46,545 nucleotides of DNA from Patescibacteria group bacterium (GCA_042577045.1 JBHPEK010000004.1:1-46545), one strand, 5' to 3'; shown: positions 1-10,063, counted from the stretch's first letter. Numbers and translations are program-made. Notes: generated by a model from the letters alone, not told the origin.

Positions 1-101
1 CAGATAAAGACCCCAAATAAAACCACCTTGCCTTGAGTCCTGCCGAAGGGTTTTCAATATCTTTTTCACCCAACTCATGACAAGCTCCATATTTTTCTAA
101 A

Positions 102-446
102 ATGCTTCTTCCAACTTCCGGCTTAGAAATTTTTAAAAAGTTAGATGAATTAGTTGATGGCATTGTGGTAATGACTAAAGGATCTGATGGTGTCGTCGTT
201 TCTGATGGAAAGAATATGTATTCAGCAGGAATTCCAGAATCTGGAATGGTAGATCGAACCGGCGCTGGAGATGCTTTTGGCTCGGCTTTTACTGCTGGGT
301 ATATTGAAACAGGAGACATTGTTTATGCGATTCAACTCGGTACGGCCAATGCCACTTCGGTTTTACAGCAAATGGGAGCGACCAATGGCTTGCTTAAAAA
401 AGGTGAATGGGGTGAGTGGACAAAAGTTGAGGTAATCAAGAATTAA
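102..446 (+). CDS. PfkB-family carbohydrate kinase, C-terminal part (5' end disrupted)
   Basis: PfkB signature DRTGAGDAFGSAF and 'VVMTKGSDG'; the + frame has a stop at 18-20, and nt 1-125 encode a PfkB-like upstream segment on the minus strand. Confidence 0.85.
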   Translation: MLLPTSGLEIFKKLDELVDGIVVMTKGSDGVVVSDGKNMYSAGIPESGMVDRTGAGDAFGSAFTAGYIETGDIVYAIQLGTANATSVLQQMGATNGLLKKGEWGEWTKVEVIKN

Positions 447-448
447 AA

Positions 449-2563
449 ATGGCAAAGAAATCTAAGAAAACAAAAAAGAAAAAAACTCAAGACAAAGAAG
501 AAATCAGCGAGAGGCAAGAAGGATTAAGGGACGAAACAAAACATTCCATTTGGGCAGTAGTTTGTCTTGGCTTGGCGTTCTTTTTAGTTTTGTCTATTTT
601 TGGTAAGGCAGGGCCAGTAGGAAAATATATTTATTTAGTCCTAGATTTTCTTTTTGGGGATGGGTTATTTTTGGCGCCTACTCTTTGTTTTTTGGGTGCC
701 ATTTCACTTTTTGCGTCTTTTCGAACTAATATTCTAATGTCCAATTTTATTGGAGGTGTTCTTATTCTTTTAAGCGGTCTGGCTTTGGCCGAATTAATTT
801 TTGGTGAAAAGACAGGTGGATATGTTGGCTTTTTTGTCTCTTTACCATTTTTAAAACTCGTTGATTTTTGGGCAACTTTAATTTTGTTTCTCGTACTATT
901 ACTGATTGGCTTTTTAATAATGTTTAATATTCCAGTTTCTTTCTCTATTTTTAGAAAAAAATTAAAACAACAAAAACTTTTTGGAAAAGATGATGAAGAA
1001 GATTATACTGATACAGATTCTGAGGAAGACAACTATAAGGTTGAGGGTGGTAATCAATCTGAAGAAATTAAAGAAGAAAAAAACGAACATTTGAAAAAAG
1101 ACGATGGGGCTGAAGTAGAACCTATTAACAGAGGATTAAAAAAAATTTTTGGTAAAAAAATTCAACCACCACCATTTGACTTGCTAGAAAGTGACAAGGG
1201 TAAACCTTCGGCAGGCGACATAAAGGCAAATGCAAATATTATCAAAAGAACTTTTCAAAATTTTGGTATCAGTATAGAAATAGATGAAGTTAGTATTGGT
1301 CCATCTGTTACTCAATATTCTATTAAACCAGCTGAGGGCGTTAAGCTTTCTCGGATAGTTGCCTTAAATAATGATTTGGCCCTTGCTTTGGCGGCTCACC
1401 CGATTAGAATTGAGGCTCCTATTCCTGGCAAATCTTTGGTTGGTCTTGAGGTTCCCAATAGGTCTTCGTCAATTGTTGGCTTGAGACACCTACTTAAAGA
1501 ATCTGAAAACAAAGATATACCACTTCTTATTGCTTTGGGGAAGAATGTTGCTGGTCGTCCTGTTTTTTCTTCAATTACCAAGATGCCACACCTTTTAATT
1601 GCTGGAGCTACAGGTTCTGGAAAATCTGTTGCCATTCATGCACTTATGATGAATTTACTCTACATGCATTCACCAATAGAATTACGTTTTCTTTTGATAG
1701 ATCCCAAAAGAGTGGAGCTTAACGTTTATAATGACTTGCCTCATCTTTTGTCACCTGTTATTACAGAACCCAAAAAGGCAATTATGTCTTTAAAGTGGGC
1801 CACTAAAGAAATGGAAAGACGCTACGATGTTCTTTTGGATGCTGGCGCTAGAGATATCCACTCGTATCACAAAAAAAATCCAGATGAAAATATGCCATAT
1901 ATTGTTGTTGTAATTGATGAGTTGGCGGATATTATGGCCACTTATCCTCGTGAATTTGAGGCCTCTATTGTTAGGCTTGCTCAAATGTCTCGGGCGGTGG
2001 GCATTCATTTAGTTGTTTCTACTCAAAGACCGTCTGTAGATGTTATCACCGGATTAATTAAAGCTAACATTACCGCACGTGTTGCTTTCCAAGTTGCTTC
2101 CCAAGTTGATTCGCGAACTATTTTGGATATGGCTGGAGCAGAGCGCCTTTTGGGAAATGGAGATATGCTTTTTCTCTCAGGGGATTCAGCAAAGCCTCGT
2201 CGTATTCAAGGAGCTTTTGTTTCGGAGGGAGAGGTTCGAAAGGTGGTAAAATATCTAATCAAGTACTATGAAGATATGGACGTAAATGACATCACGCTTG
2301 GCAGTGGAGAAGTTCAACAAGCTTCTATTTTTGACGAGAGCTCGGACGATGAAGAGGGAAATGACGAACTCTATGAGGAGGCACGGGAGTTAGTGATTCA
2401 GGCTGGCAAAGCATCTTCGTCTTATTTACAGAGAAGACTTAGAGTTGGATATGCTCGAGCAGCTCGATTGCTAGATATGCTGGAACAACGGGGGGTGGTT
2501 GGTCCCCCGGATGGATCTCGGCCGAGGGATATTTTAGTAGAGAAACCAGGCGAGCAATACTAA
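449..2563 (+). CDS. ftsK: DNA translocase FtsK/SpoIIIE
   Basis: N-terminal TM helices, Walker A GATGSGKS, 'IDELAD', 'RLAQMSRAVGIHLVVSTQRPS', C-terminal gamma domain 'LQRRLRVGYARAARL'. Confidence 0.97.
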   Translation: MAKKSKKTKKKKTQDKEEISERQEGLRDETKHSIWAVVCLGLAFFLVLSIFGKAGPVGKYIYLVLDFLFGDGLFLAPTLCFLGAISLFASFRTNILMSNFIGGVLILLSGLALAELIFGEKTGGYVGFFVSLPFLKLVDFWATLILFLVLLLIGFLIMFNIPVSFSIFRKKLKQQKLFGKDDEEDYTDTDSEEDNYKVEGGNQSEEIKEEKNEHLKKDDGAEVEPINRGLKKIFGKKIQPPPFDLLESDKGKPSAGDIKANANIIKRTFQNFGISIEIDEVSIGPSVTQYSIKPAEGVKLSRIVALNNDLALALAAHPIRIEAPIPGKSLVGLEVPNRSSSIVGLRHLLKESENKDIPLLIALGKNVAGRPVFSSITKMPHLLIAGATGSGKSVAIHALMMNLLYMHSPIELRFLLIDPKRVELNVYNDLPHLLSPVITEPKKAIMSLKWATKEMERRYDVLLDAGARDIHSYHKKNPDENMPYIVVVIDELADIMATYPREFEASIVRLAQMSRAVGIHLVVSTQRPSVDVITGLIKANITARVAFQVASQVDSRTILDMAGAERLLGNGDMLFLSGDSAKPRRIQGAFVSEGEVRKVVKYLIKYYEDMDVNDITLGSGEVQQASIFDESSDDEEGNDELYEEARELVIQAGKASSSYLQRRLRVGYARAARLLDMLEQRGVVGPPDGSRPRDILVEKPGEQY

Positions 2564-2564
2564 A

Positions 2565-2921
2565 ATGCAACCGAAATCACTATTGTACATAAAAATATCT
2601 GCTGTTGTGGTTGTCGCGATTATCTTGAGTTTCTATTTTTTTCATCAGGCCAAGGCTTTCTTGTTGGGACCACAACTTACCATAGATTTTCCTGAAGATG
2701 GGCAAGTTTTGGGAGATGCTTTCATCTCTGTGAGAGGAAAAACATTAAACACAGTTCTTTTGATGGTTGACGGTAAACAAATTTTGACTGACAGTTTCGG
2801 AAGTTTCAGTAAAAGTTTGATTTTGGCTGAAGGCTATAATATCATTGAATTGTCAGCAAAAGATAAATTTGACAGAGAAATTAATAAAAAATTAAAAGTT
2901 GTTTTAAATCAAAATAAATAA
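2565..2921 (+). CDS. Membrane-anchored hypothetical protein with a small Ig-like beta domain
   Basis: One N-terminal TM helix, then '[13 protein letters not shown]' beta-sandwich pattern; closely coupled between ftsK and recA. Confidence 0.7.
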   Translation: MQPKSLLYIKISAVVVVAIILSFYFFHQAKAFLLGPQLTIDFPEDGQVLGDAFISVRGKTLNTVLLMVDGKQILTDSFGSFSKSLILAEGYNIIELSAKDKFDREINKKLKVVLNQNK

Positions 2922-2922
2922 A

Positions 2923-3921
2923 ATGGCAAAACCAAAAAAACCACCAAAAACCACTGGAGATGACCTAAGTGTTATTTTAGATGGCATTAAGTCAAAGTAT
3001 GGAGAAGGCGCTATAATGAAATTAGGGGAAGCAAAGAAGGTTGATGTTGATGCTATTCCAACTGGTTCTATTGCTCTTGATGCGGCATTAGGTGTTGGAG
3101 GATTACCTCGCGGTCGGATTATTGAAATTTATGGTCCAGAGTCTTCTGGGAAAACCACGCTGGCTTTACATGTAGTGGCTCAGGCGCAGAAAAAAAATGG
3201 CTTGTGTGCTTTTGTTGATGCCGAACACGCTATGGATCCAGAGTATGCAAAGAAATTAGGAGTGAAAGTGAACGACTTGTTGATTTCTCAACCGGATACA
3301 GGTGAACAAGCTTTGGAAATAACGGAAAGTTTGGTTCGCTCGGGTAAGCTTGATGTGATTGTAATAGACTCTGTGGCTGCTCTTACCCCGCGCGCTGAAA
3401 TAGAGGGAGAAATGGGGGATTCTCACATGGGCTTGCAGGCCCGTCTAATGTCTCAAGCGCTTCGTAAACTTACAGCTATTGTGTCTAAATCTAAAACCGT
3501 GGTTATTTTTATAAACCAAATTAGAATGAAGATCGGTGTGGTGTTTGGAAATCCAGAAACAACACCAGGAGGAAAGGCTTTGAAATTTTATTCATCAGTA
3601 AGGATTGATATTCGTAGAATTGCTCAAATTAAAAAAGGAGATGATATAATTGGCAATCGTACGCGCGTTAAAGTAGTTAAGAACAAAACAGCTGCACCTT
3701 TTAGGGTTGCCGAGTTTGACCTTATTTATAACGAAGGTATCTCACCTTTCGGCGAGATTTTAAATCTTGGTGAAAAGTATGGGATTATTAAAAAATCTGG
3801 AGCATCTTATTCGTATGAAAATACTAAACTAGGAGTTGGATATGAAAAAGCTAGGAACTTCTTGAAAGAAAATCCTAGCATTTCCAAAGAGTTAGTTAAA
3901 AAAATTAAGGAAGAACTCTAA
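2923..3921 (+). CDS. recA: Recombinase RecA
   Basis: GPESSGKTT, 'DAEHAMDP', '[23 protein letters not shown]'. Confidence 0.99.
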   Translation: MAKPKKPPKTTGDDLSVILDGIKSKYGEGAIMKLGEAKKVDVDAIPTGSIALDAALGVGGLPRGRIIEIYGPESSGKTTLALHVVAQAQKKNGLCAFVDAEHAMDPEYAKKLGVKVNDLLISQPDTGEQALEITESLVRSGKLDVIVIDSVAALTPRAEIEGEMGDSHMGLQARLMSQALRKLTAIVSKSKTVVIFINQIRMKIGVVFGNPETTPGGKALKFYSSVRIDIRRIAQIKKGDDIIGNRTRVKVVKNKTAAPFRVAEFDLIYNEGISPFGEILNLGEKYGIIKKSGASYSYENTKLGVGYEKARNFLKENPSISKELVKKIKEEL

Positions 3922-4121
3922 TCGCCAACAAATGGAAGTAATCCTAGAAAACGGGCTTGCTTTACTGCTAAGGCAAGTCCTTTTTGGTGCTTGATACAAA
4001 GATTGGTGTGCTTTTTGGGCATAATTTTGGCCTGTTCGTCGATAAAATTCTTCAAAGCATCTGTGTCTTTGTAGTCAATTTTTTTTATATTATTTATACA
4101 AAAATGACATTGTTTGGTCAT
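3918..4121 (-). CDS. rpsR: 30S ribosomal protein S18
   Basis: 'CHFC...IDYKD...[19 protein letters not shown]'; last gene of rpsF-ssb-rpsR. Confidence 0.95.
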   Translation of the reverse strand: MTKQCHFCINNIKKIDYKDTDALKNFIDEQAKIMPKKHTNLCIKHQKGLALAVKQARFLGLLPFVGD

Positions 4122-4128
4122 AAAGGAT

Positions 4129-4262
4129 TAAATTCGAAATTCGAATATCGAAATTCGAAACAATAATTAAATTATAAATTATAATGTTCTAAACTGTTTT
4201 GTATTTTGAATTTTGGTTATTTGAATTTGTTTCGGATTTCGTGCTTTGTGCTTCGGATTTAG
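4129..4262. repeat. Heptamer-repeat inverted element between ssb and rpsR
   Basis: Left arm aaattcg-aaattcg-aatatcg-aaattcg-aaaca; right arm tgtttcg-gatttcg-tgctttg-tgcttcg-gatttag, imperfectly complementary. Confidence 0.7.
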
Positions 4263-4263
4263 T

Positions 4264-4722
4264 CTAGAAGGGAATATCTTCTGGATTATTATTTTCCTCT
4301 GGGTATTCAATGGTATCTAGTGATTCTTTTCCGGTGTCCTGATTTTTAACATCAGGAGTTGGAACTCCGGCAGTGCTTTTGGCGCTCGTCGGAGTCCTTC
4401 TTGGTCCTAATTGTAATCTTTCGGTAACAATTTCTGTTCGTGATCTTTTTGACCCATCCTGTGCCTCCCATTGTCTTGTTTGAATTCTCCCTTCAATCAT
4501 TACCATACTTCCTTTGTTTAGGTATTGATTGGCAATTTCTGCTTGTCTACCAAAAGCAACGATATTGTGAAATTGAGTATCTTGTTGTTTTTCACCAGAC
4601 TGATTTTTCCATGTCCTGTTTGTTGCTATCCCAAAAGATGTTACTGCTGTACCTGAAGGAAGGGTGCGGAGCTCTGGGTCGCGTGTTAGGTTGCCAACAA
4701 TGAATACTTTGTTTAAATTCAT
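4264..4722 (-). CDS. ssb: Single-stranded DNA-binding protein
   Basis: 'NKVFIVGNLTRDPELR' OB fold; acidic C-terminus EDIPF. Confidence 0.98.
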   Translation of the reverse strand: MNLNKVFIVGNLTRDPELRTLPSGTAVTSFGIATNRTWKNQSGEKQQDTQFHNIVAFGRQAEIANQYLNKGSMVMIEGRIQTRQWEAQDGSKRSRTEIVTERLQLGPRRTPTSAKSTAGVPTPDVKNQDTGKESLDTIEYPEENNNPEDIPF

Positions 4723-4730
4723 ATTTTTAT

Positions 4731-5240
4731 TTATTCACCTAATAATTCTTCTATTTGTTTATCAATTTCTTCTTCCTTTGTTCCGATGTCTGCCTTTGGC
4801 GGGGTTGGGAATTCGAGATCGTTTTTGGCGATCGTCGGAACTTCTTTTTGTGTATCCTCCTTTTTAATAAAGGAGAACTTCTTAAACTTTTCTCTGGTTT
4901 TTGAAAAGGGTTTGAAGCTTGTTGGTTTTTGGTCTTCTCTTGTGGCCTTGATAATTAAAAATCTAATAAGTTGTTCTTGTTTATCTAAATACTCTTTAAT
5001 TTCTTCGACTGAAGATAATTTTGTAGAAATTGAAAATTTGATCCAATTAAAAAACGCAGTCAATTCTTTTTTGATAGGGTAGGCCAGAATTTCTTTTTTT
5101 ACCTTTCCTTCATTAATAACCAATCCACTTTTTTCAGTGATAATGTTTCTAAGTTTTTCGGAGAACGCTAAAACATCCTCGTCTTTAAGGTTTGTTTTTA
5201 GTAAATACCCAATTTCATATATATTTTTATCGGTACTCAT
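4731..5240 (-). CDS. rpsF: 30S ribosomal protein S6 with long C-terminal extension
   Basis: 'YEIGYLL...LAYPIKK...LIRFLIIK'; start moved to the ATG at 5240 (MSTDKNIYE). Confidence 0.9.
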   Translation of the reverse strand: MSTDKNIYEIGYLLKTNLKDEDVLAFSEKLRNIITEKSGLVINEGKVKKEILAYPIKKELTAFFNWIKFSISTKLSSVEEIKEYLDKQEQLIRFLIIKATREDQKPTSFKPFSKTREKFKKFSFIKKEDTQKEVPTIAKNDLEFPTPPKADIGTKEEEIDKQIEELLGE

Positions 5241-5297
5241 ATACAAGAAGTATCTTAGCAATTTTGAGAAATTTTGCAACCATTTTTATATAAAAGG

Positions 5298-5326
5298 TTG
5301 ACAAGTAAGTGGTATTGGTTTATTGT
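5298..5326 (+). promoter_or_regulatory. Sigma70-type promoter of ORF 5362
   Basis: TTGACA-17 nt-TATTGT, followed by SD AGGAGG. Confidence 0.55.
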
Positions 5327-5361
5327 GTAGGCAGAGCAAACAATAAAGAGAGGAGGGTGTT

Positions 5362-5589
5362 ATGTCCGACAAAATAAGGCCATATCGTATTTTTTTAAAA
5401 AATGTGCCAGTTACTGATTTGGAAATTGAAGAAGTTTGTAAAGAAGAACTTGGTGATGTAAAAGTTGTTAGTTGGGAGGTTGAAAGAAATATTTCTTACG
5501 AGGATACCGTTATTGGTGCAGTTACCAACAACGGCGTAAGACCACAAAATCTTTACATTATAAAGTTATCCTATCGAGAAAAAGAATAA
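5362..5589 (+). CDS. Hypothetical protein
   Basis: 75-aa ORF with promoter, SD and a downstream terminator. Confidence 0.65.
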   Translation: MSDKIRPYRIFLKNVPVTDLEIEEVCKEELGDVKVVSWEVERNISYEDTVIGAVTNNGVRPQNLYIIKLSYREKE

Positions 5590-5594
5590 AAAAC

Positions 5595-5625
5595 AAACCC
5601 AGCCCTTACGAAAGGCTGGGTTTTT
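5595..5625. terminator. Probable bidirectional intrinsic terminator
   Basis: aaacccagcc / ggctgggttt stem with A and T runs on either side, between convergent genes. Confidence 0.75.
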
Positions 5626-6508
5626 ATATTAGGAACTCTATAATGTCGCCGTCTTTTACAACGTAGTCTCTACCCTCGGTACGCAGAAGCCCTTTTTCGC
5701 GCGCCCTGAACCACAAGCCTTGCTTGGGTTCAGGGCAAGTATTTTTAATTGTCGAGAAGTCGTCAAAACTTAAAACTTCAGCCCTAATAAATTTTTCTTG
5801 AAAATCACTATGGATTTTACCACCAGCCTCGGGGGCATTGAGTCCGTTTTTTAGAGATGAGGCGCGTAATTCTTTTCCACCTTTTATTGTATAAAAAGTT
5901 AACAACCCGAGTGTTTTATAAGAAAGTTTTATGACTTCGTTTATTTTTGGTTTTAATTCCAGTTCTTTCAGCTCCTCTGTATTCATTTCTGACATTTCAA
6001 GTTCTAATTTAAAATCTAATTCTAAATCACAATTTTCAAAATCTTTATTATCTCCTTCAGATTTAATGTTACAAACTTTTATCAAAGGTTTTTGTGTCAA
6101 TTCTTCACTTTTTAATTTTAGTTCGTTTTTTATAATTTCAAAATCACGAGACGGGTCTATTTCATTTTCAATATGTATGATTTTTTTATTTTCAAAGCAT
6201 CTGATTACCAAAAGAATAGCATCAACAGTATAAATGTAAGAGAGGAACTGATTACCAAGGCCTTCGCCTTTATGCGCACCTTTTACAAGTCCAGCAATGT
6301 CTACAAATTCAACAACAGCTGGAATTATTTTTTCTGGTTTTACAATTTCAGCAATTCTTTCAAGTCGCTTGTCTGGAATTGTGGCAATTCCAACATTTGG
6401 ATCAATAGTACAGAATGGATAGTTTGAAATATTCACCTTCTTCTGTGTAATAGCCTGAAAAAGTGTTGATTTTCCCACATTTGGTAGTCCTACAATTCCT
6501 ATCTTCAT
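5624..6508 (-). CDS. ychF: Redox-regulated ATPase YchF (Obg family), short form
   Basis: GLPNVGKST, 'NYPFCTIDPN', 'DIAGLVKGAHKGEGLGNQFL', C-terminal 'EGRDYVVKDGDI'. Confidence 0.95.
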   Translation of the reverse strand: MKIGIVGLPNVGKSTLFQAITQKKVNISNYPFCTIDPNVGIATIPDKRLERIAEIVKPEKIIPAVVEFVDIAGLVKGAHKGEGLGNQFLSYIYTVDAILLVIRCFENKKIIHIENEIDPSRDFEIIKNELKLKSEELTQKPLIKVCNIKSEGDNKDFENCDLELDFKLELEMSEMNTEELKELELKPKINEVIKLSYKTLGLLTFYTIKGGKELRASSLKNGLNAPEAGGKIHSDFQEKFIRAEVLSFDDFSTIKNTCPEPKQGLWFRAREKGLLRTEGRDYVVKDGDIIEFLI

Positions 6509-6531
6509 ATTGCTATGATATACTAGAAAAT

Positions 6532-7302
6532 ATGAAGAATCTAGAAGAAATTAAAAAAGAAGAGTTGGATAATATAAAAGTTGTTACTTTTGATATTGAT
6601 GGAGTGATAGCTCCAACGGGCACAGAGATTCGTGAGGAAGACGGAGGCGCAAAGTTCTACATGGACTCTAAGCCACTTTCCAAAGAGTTTATGGAAAATT
6701 TAAACAAATTAGAAAAACACGTGCGACTTAATTTTTCGTCGGGTAGAAATATTTTATATCTAAAAAGTTTGGTGAACGAAATTTTTGACAAGCAGACTAT
6801 TTTACAGGCCGAAAATGGAAATATTACTTGGTTAAATAATCAAATTACACATCCAGTATATCCAGACGATTATTTTGATAAACTAAGAGATCTTAAAGAA
6901 AAAATAAGAGATTTAAAAAAGACGGACTCACGTATCCGAGGGTTTGAACCAAAATTATTTATTCTTACGGTTCATTGTGAAGAGATGGAAGAAATTCCTA
7001 AGTTGGTTGAAAAAATAGGTGGGGGAAGTTTGTATAGTTTGTGGACTAATGAAGGGTACGACATTGGAAACAAAGAAATGTCTAAGGGGGTTGGAATAAG
7101 TAAATTGGCTGAAAGCTTGGGTATAGACCCAAAACAAATTATGACCACCGGTAACAATTTCAACGATGCTGAGATGCTTCAGGTGGGCAAAGGTGTTACA
7201 GTGAACCCCGAAAGAGTAGAGGCCGAGTATTTTGTAGAGCACAAGCCAGAAGAGCTTGGAGGAGAAGTTTTGGCAGAATTTTTATTGAAACATTTTGAAT
7301 AA
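6532..7302 (+). CDS. HAD-superfamily hydrolase (Cof/class IIB-like)
   Basis: DIDGV motif I, 'SSGR' motif II, 'SKGVG...GNNFNDAEML' motifs III/IV; start placed at ATG 6532. Confidence 0.85.
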   Translation: MKNLEEIKKEELDNIKVVTFDIDGVIAPTGTEIREEDGGAKFYMDSKPLSKEFMENLNKLEKHVRLNFSSGRNILYLKSLVNEIFDKQTILQAENGNITWLNNQITHPVYPDDYFDKLRDLKEKIRDLKKTDSRIRGFEPKLFILTVHCEEMEEIPKLVEKIGGGSLYSLWTNEGYDIGNKEMSKGVGISKLAESLGIDPKQIMTTGNNFNDAEMLQVGKGVTVNPERVEAEYFVEHKPEELGGEVLAEFLLKHFE

Positions 7303-7562
7303 AAACTAAAAGATTGTTGCACATCTTTTTTTATTTTTATTATTCAATTTAGTTTTTATCTACGATCGTAAGTAAAAGCTAAATCTGTAAATATTAAACA
7401 TTAAAAATACACTGAAAGAAGATCTGTTGAAATTTTTAATGGGTGTTTTTGGGTAAAATTTGAAAGAGACAAACATGAGAGAAGAAAAAGTTTTAAATGA
7501 TTCTGTTGTTTGTGCTAAACTGCGTTACTTTGTTGAATTTTGTGAGGTTGCAATAGGGGTAG

Positions 7563-8372
7563 ATGAACAAAAAAATAAAAATTTATGGGAGTGAGGGATA
7601 CGTGGGTAAAGCTGTTTGTGATCTTTTGGTTAGTAATTATCAGCTTATAAAAATCGATCCTTCGTTAAGTAAAACATCTCAAACTAAAGCTAAAAAAAGC
7701 AAAAGTGATTTAGCAATTATCTGTGTTCCTACACCTCAAAAGAAGGATGGAGCGTGCGATATAAGTATTGTGGAAGAGGTGGTTAAAGAGTGCAATAGTC
7801 CTTTAATTTTAATTAAGTCTACAATTCCGCCTGGAACAACTAAAAAACTAAAGAAAAAATACAAAGAAAGAATTTGTTTTAGCCCGGAATATATTGGCGA
7901 AGGAAATTATTTTGTTCCGTATTGGAAAGATTATCCGCACCCAACCAAAATGAAATATCACAGTTTTCAGATATTTGGTGGCGATCGCAAAGATACAAAC
8001 CAACTAATTAATATTTTTCAGCCTGTTATGGGACCAGATTGTCGTTATTTTCAAACCGACAGCACTAGTGCTGAATTAGTAAAATATACTGAAAATCTTT
8101 GGCTTGGGACTAAGGTTACTTTTTGTAATGAAGTTTATAGAATTGCCAAGGTTCTAGGTGTAGATTACAACGACTTACGTGAAATGTTTATTGCCGACGG
8201 AAGAGTTGGCCGAATGCACACTATGGTTACCGAGGGTAATTTTGGTTTTGGCGGCAAGTGTCTTCCTAAGGACATTAATGCTTTAGCCAAGGTATCCAAA
8301 AAAGCCGGCTATATTCCAGAATTCGTCAAAGCTGTTTTAGAAAATAATGATAGATTTAGAAAAGACAACTAA
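7563..8372 (+). CDS. UDP-glucose/GDP-mannose dehydrogenase family protein (short form)
   Basis: 'ICVPTP', 'IKSTIPPGTT', 'FSPEY', 'SAELVKY', 'GFGGKCLPKD'; lacks the usual C-terminal UDP-binding domain. Confidence 0.85.
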   Translation: MNKKIKIYGSEGYVGKAVCDLLVSNYQLIKIDPSLSKTSQTKAKKSKSDLAIICVPTPQKKDGACDISIVEEVVKECNSPLILIKSTIPPGTTKKLKKKYKERICFSPEYIGEGNYFVPYWKDYPHPTKMKYHSFQIFGGDRKDTNQLINIFQPVMGPDCRYFQTDSTSAELVKYTENLWLGTKVTFCNEVYRIAKVLGVDYNDLREMFIADGRVGRMHTMVTEGNFGFGGKCLPKDINALAKVSKKAGYIPEFVKAVLENNDRFRKDN

Positions 8373-10063
8373 ACCTCAATGACGACCGGTAATACCATCG
8401 GTCGTCTTTTTGTTTTTTGAAAGAGGAATTTGCCAATGCGTTCACGGATTTGGTCTTTCATAAAAGAAATATTTACGGGGTGCATATTGGAAGATTCTTG
8501 TACTATTTTTTTAACAATACTGCGAACACTTCTAAGAAGTTCTTGAGATTCTTTTAAATAGACAAACCCGCGAGAAATAATATCTGGTGAACCGATTACT
8601 TTGCCATACTTGGAATCTATCGCAGCAATAATTACAAATATTCCGTCTTGAGCGAGCATTTTTCTATCACGAAGCACAATTTCTTTTACATCTCCTACCC
8701 CAAGTCCGTCTACCATAACATAGTTTGCCGGAACGGTATTTTTTGATTCTTTGATTTTATTTCTATCAACTTCTATTATTGAACCGTTTCCTGATGGAAT
8801 TTGAATATTTTCTTTTGGTATACCCACTTCTTCAGCAAGATTGGCATTAGTTTTAAGCATAAAATAATGTCCATGAACTGGGACAAAAAACTTTGGTTTT
8901 ATCATTTTAATCATTAACTTTAGTTCTTCAGAATAAGCATGACCGCTGGCATGAATGTCGGCAACTTGGTAATGAATTATTTTCGCCCCTTGCTTAGAAA
9001 GATTGTCTTTTAAGATTTGGATACTTTTTTCATTACCAGGAATAATAGAGGAGGAAAGGACAACTGTATCTCCAGAATGAAGTTTTATGTGAGCATGTTT
9101 GTTTCGGGCAATTCTCATCAAAGAAGCATTTTTTTCTCCTTGAGCCCCTGTACAAATTATTATTATTTTTTCTTCTGGATATTCGTCTATATTATTTATC
9201 GAGATCATGGTGTCTTTCTTTGGAGAAAAAAGACCTAGTTTTTTGGCAATTTCTACATTTGTTTTCATGCTTAGTCCGTCGATGGCAACTTTTCTTTTTA
9301 TTTTCTCAGCAGTTTTGATAATATCTATAATTCTTTCTAGTTGAGATGAGAAAGTTCCCACGATAATTCTTTTTTGAGATTCTCGAAAAACTTTTTCTAA
9401 AGTTTTTCGTACAGTCTCTTCAGAAATTGAATGCCCGGCTTTTTCAGAGTTGGTGCTTTCTAGAAGTAAAAGTAGGTTTTTTTCTTTTCCTAGTTTAAGA
9501 TATTCTCCTATTTTGGTTGGTTCGCCCTTGCCGTCGTGTTCTATCTTGGCATCTCCTGGATAGATAATGTTTCCGAACGGTGTCGTGATAACTGTACCAA
9601 TAGCATCTGGAACAGTATGAGTAACATCAAAAAACTTAGCCCCTAATTTTCCAAGCTTGATGCTTTCTCCAGATTTTACTTCTTTTACAATAAGTTTGGT
9701 GGCTGCAGGAAACTCTTCTTGACGCTTAATGATCATCGCCTTAGTAAGTCGGGTAGTGTAAATTATAGGATTGCCAATTCTATCTATCAAATAGGGGATA
9801 CCGCCAATATGGTCTAAGTGCCCGTGACTTAAAATAAGCCCTCGGATTTTATCTTTTCTTCCTTCAAGATATTTGGTGTTTGGTAGAATGTAATCTATTC
9901 CGGGGGTATCTTCTTCGGGGAATTGAAAACCAGCATCCACTACAATGATGTCGTCTTTGTATTCTATAACTGTCATATTGCGACCAATTTCTTCCACTCC
10001 TCCTAGAGGAATTATTTTTATCTTGTCAGAAATTTCTTTTTTCGGCCTTGTTCTATTTTTCAT
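8369..10063 (-). CDS. rnj: Ribonuclease J
   Basis: 'PLGGVEEIGRNM', HGHLDHIGG metallo-beta-lactamase motif, 'HASGH', C-terminal 'RRPMVLPVVIEV'. Confidence 0.97.
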   Translation of the reverse strand: MKNRTRPKKEISDKIKIIPLGGVEEIGRNMTVIEYKDDIIVVDAGFQFPEEDTPGIDYILPNTKYLEGRKDKIRGLILSHGHLDHIGGIPYLIDRIGNPIIYTTRLTKAMIIKRQEEFPAATKLIVKEVKSGESIKLGKLGAKFFDVTHTVPDAIGTVITTPFGNIIYPGDAKIEHDGKGEPTKIGEYLKLGKEKNLLLLLESTNSEKAGHSISEETVRKTLEKVFRESQKRIIVGTFSSQLERIIDIIKTAEKIKRKVAIDGLSMKTNVEIAKKLGLFSPKKDTMISINNIDEYPEEKIIIICTGAQGEKNASLMRIARNKHAHIKLHSGDTVVLSSSIIPGNEKSIQILKDNLSKQGAKIIHYQVADIHASGHAYSEELKLMIKMIKPKFFVPVHGHYFMLKTNANLAEEVGIPKENIQIPSGNGSIIEVDRNKIKESKNTVPANYVMVDGLGVGDVKEIVLRDRKMLAQDGIFVIIAAIDSKYGKVIGSPDIISRGFVYLKESQELLRSVRSIVKKIVQESSNMHPVNISFMKDQIRERIGKFLFQKTKRRPMVLPVVIEV

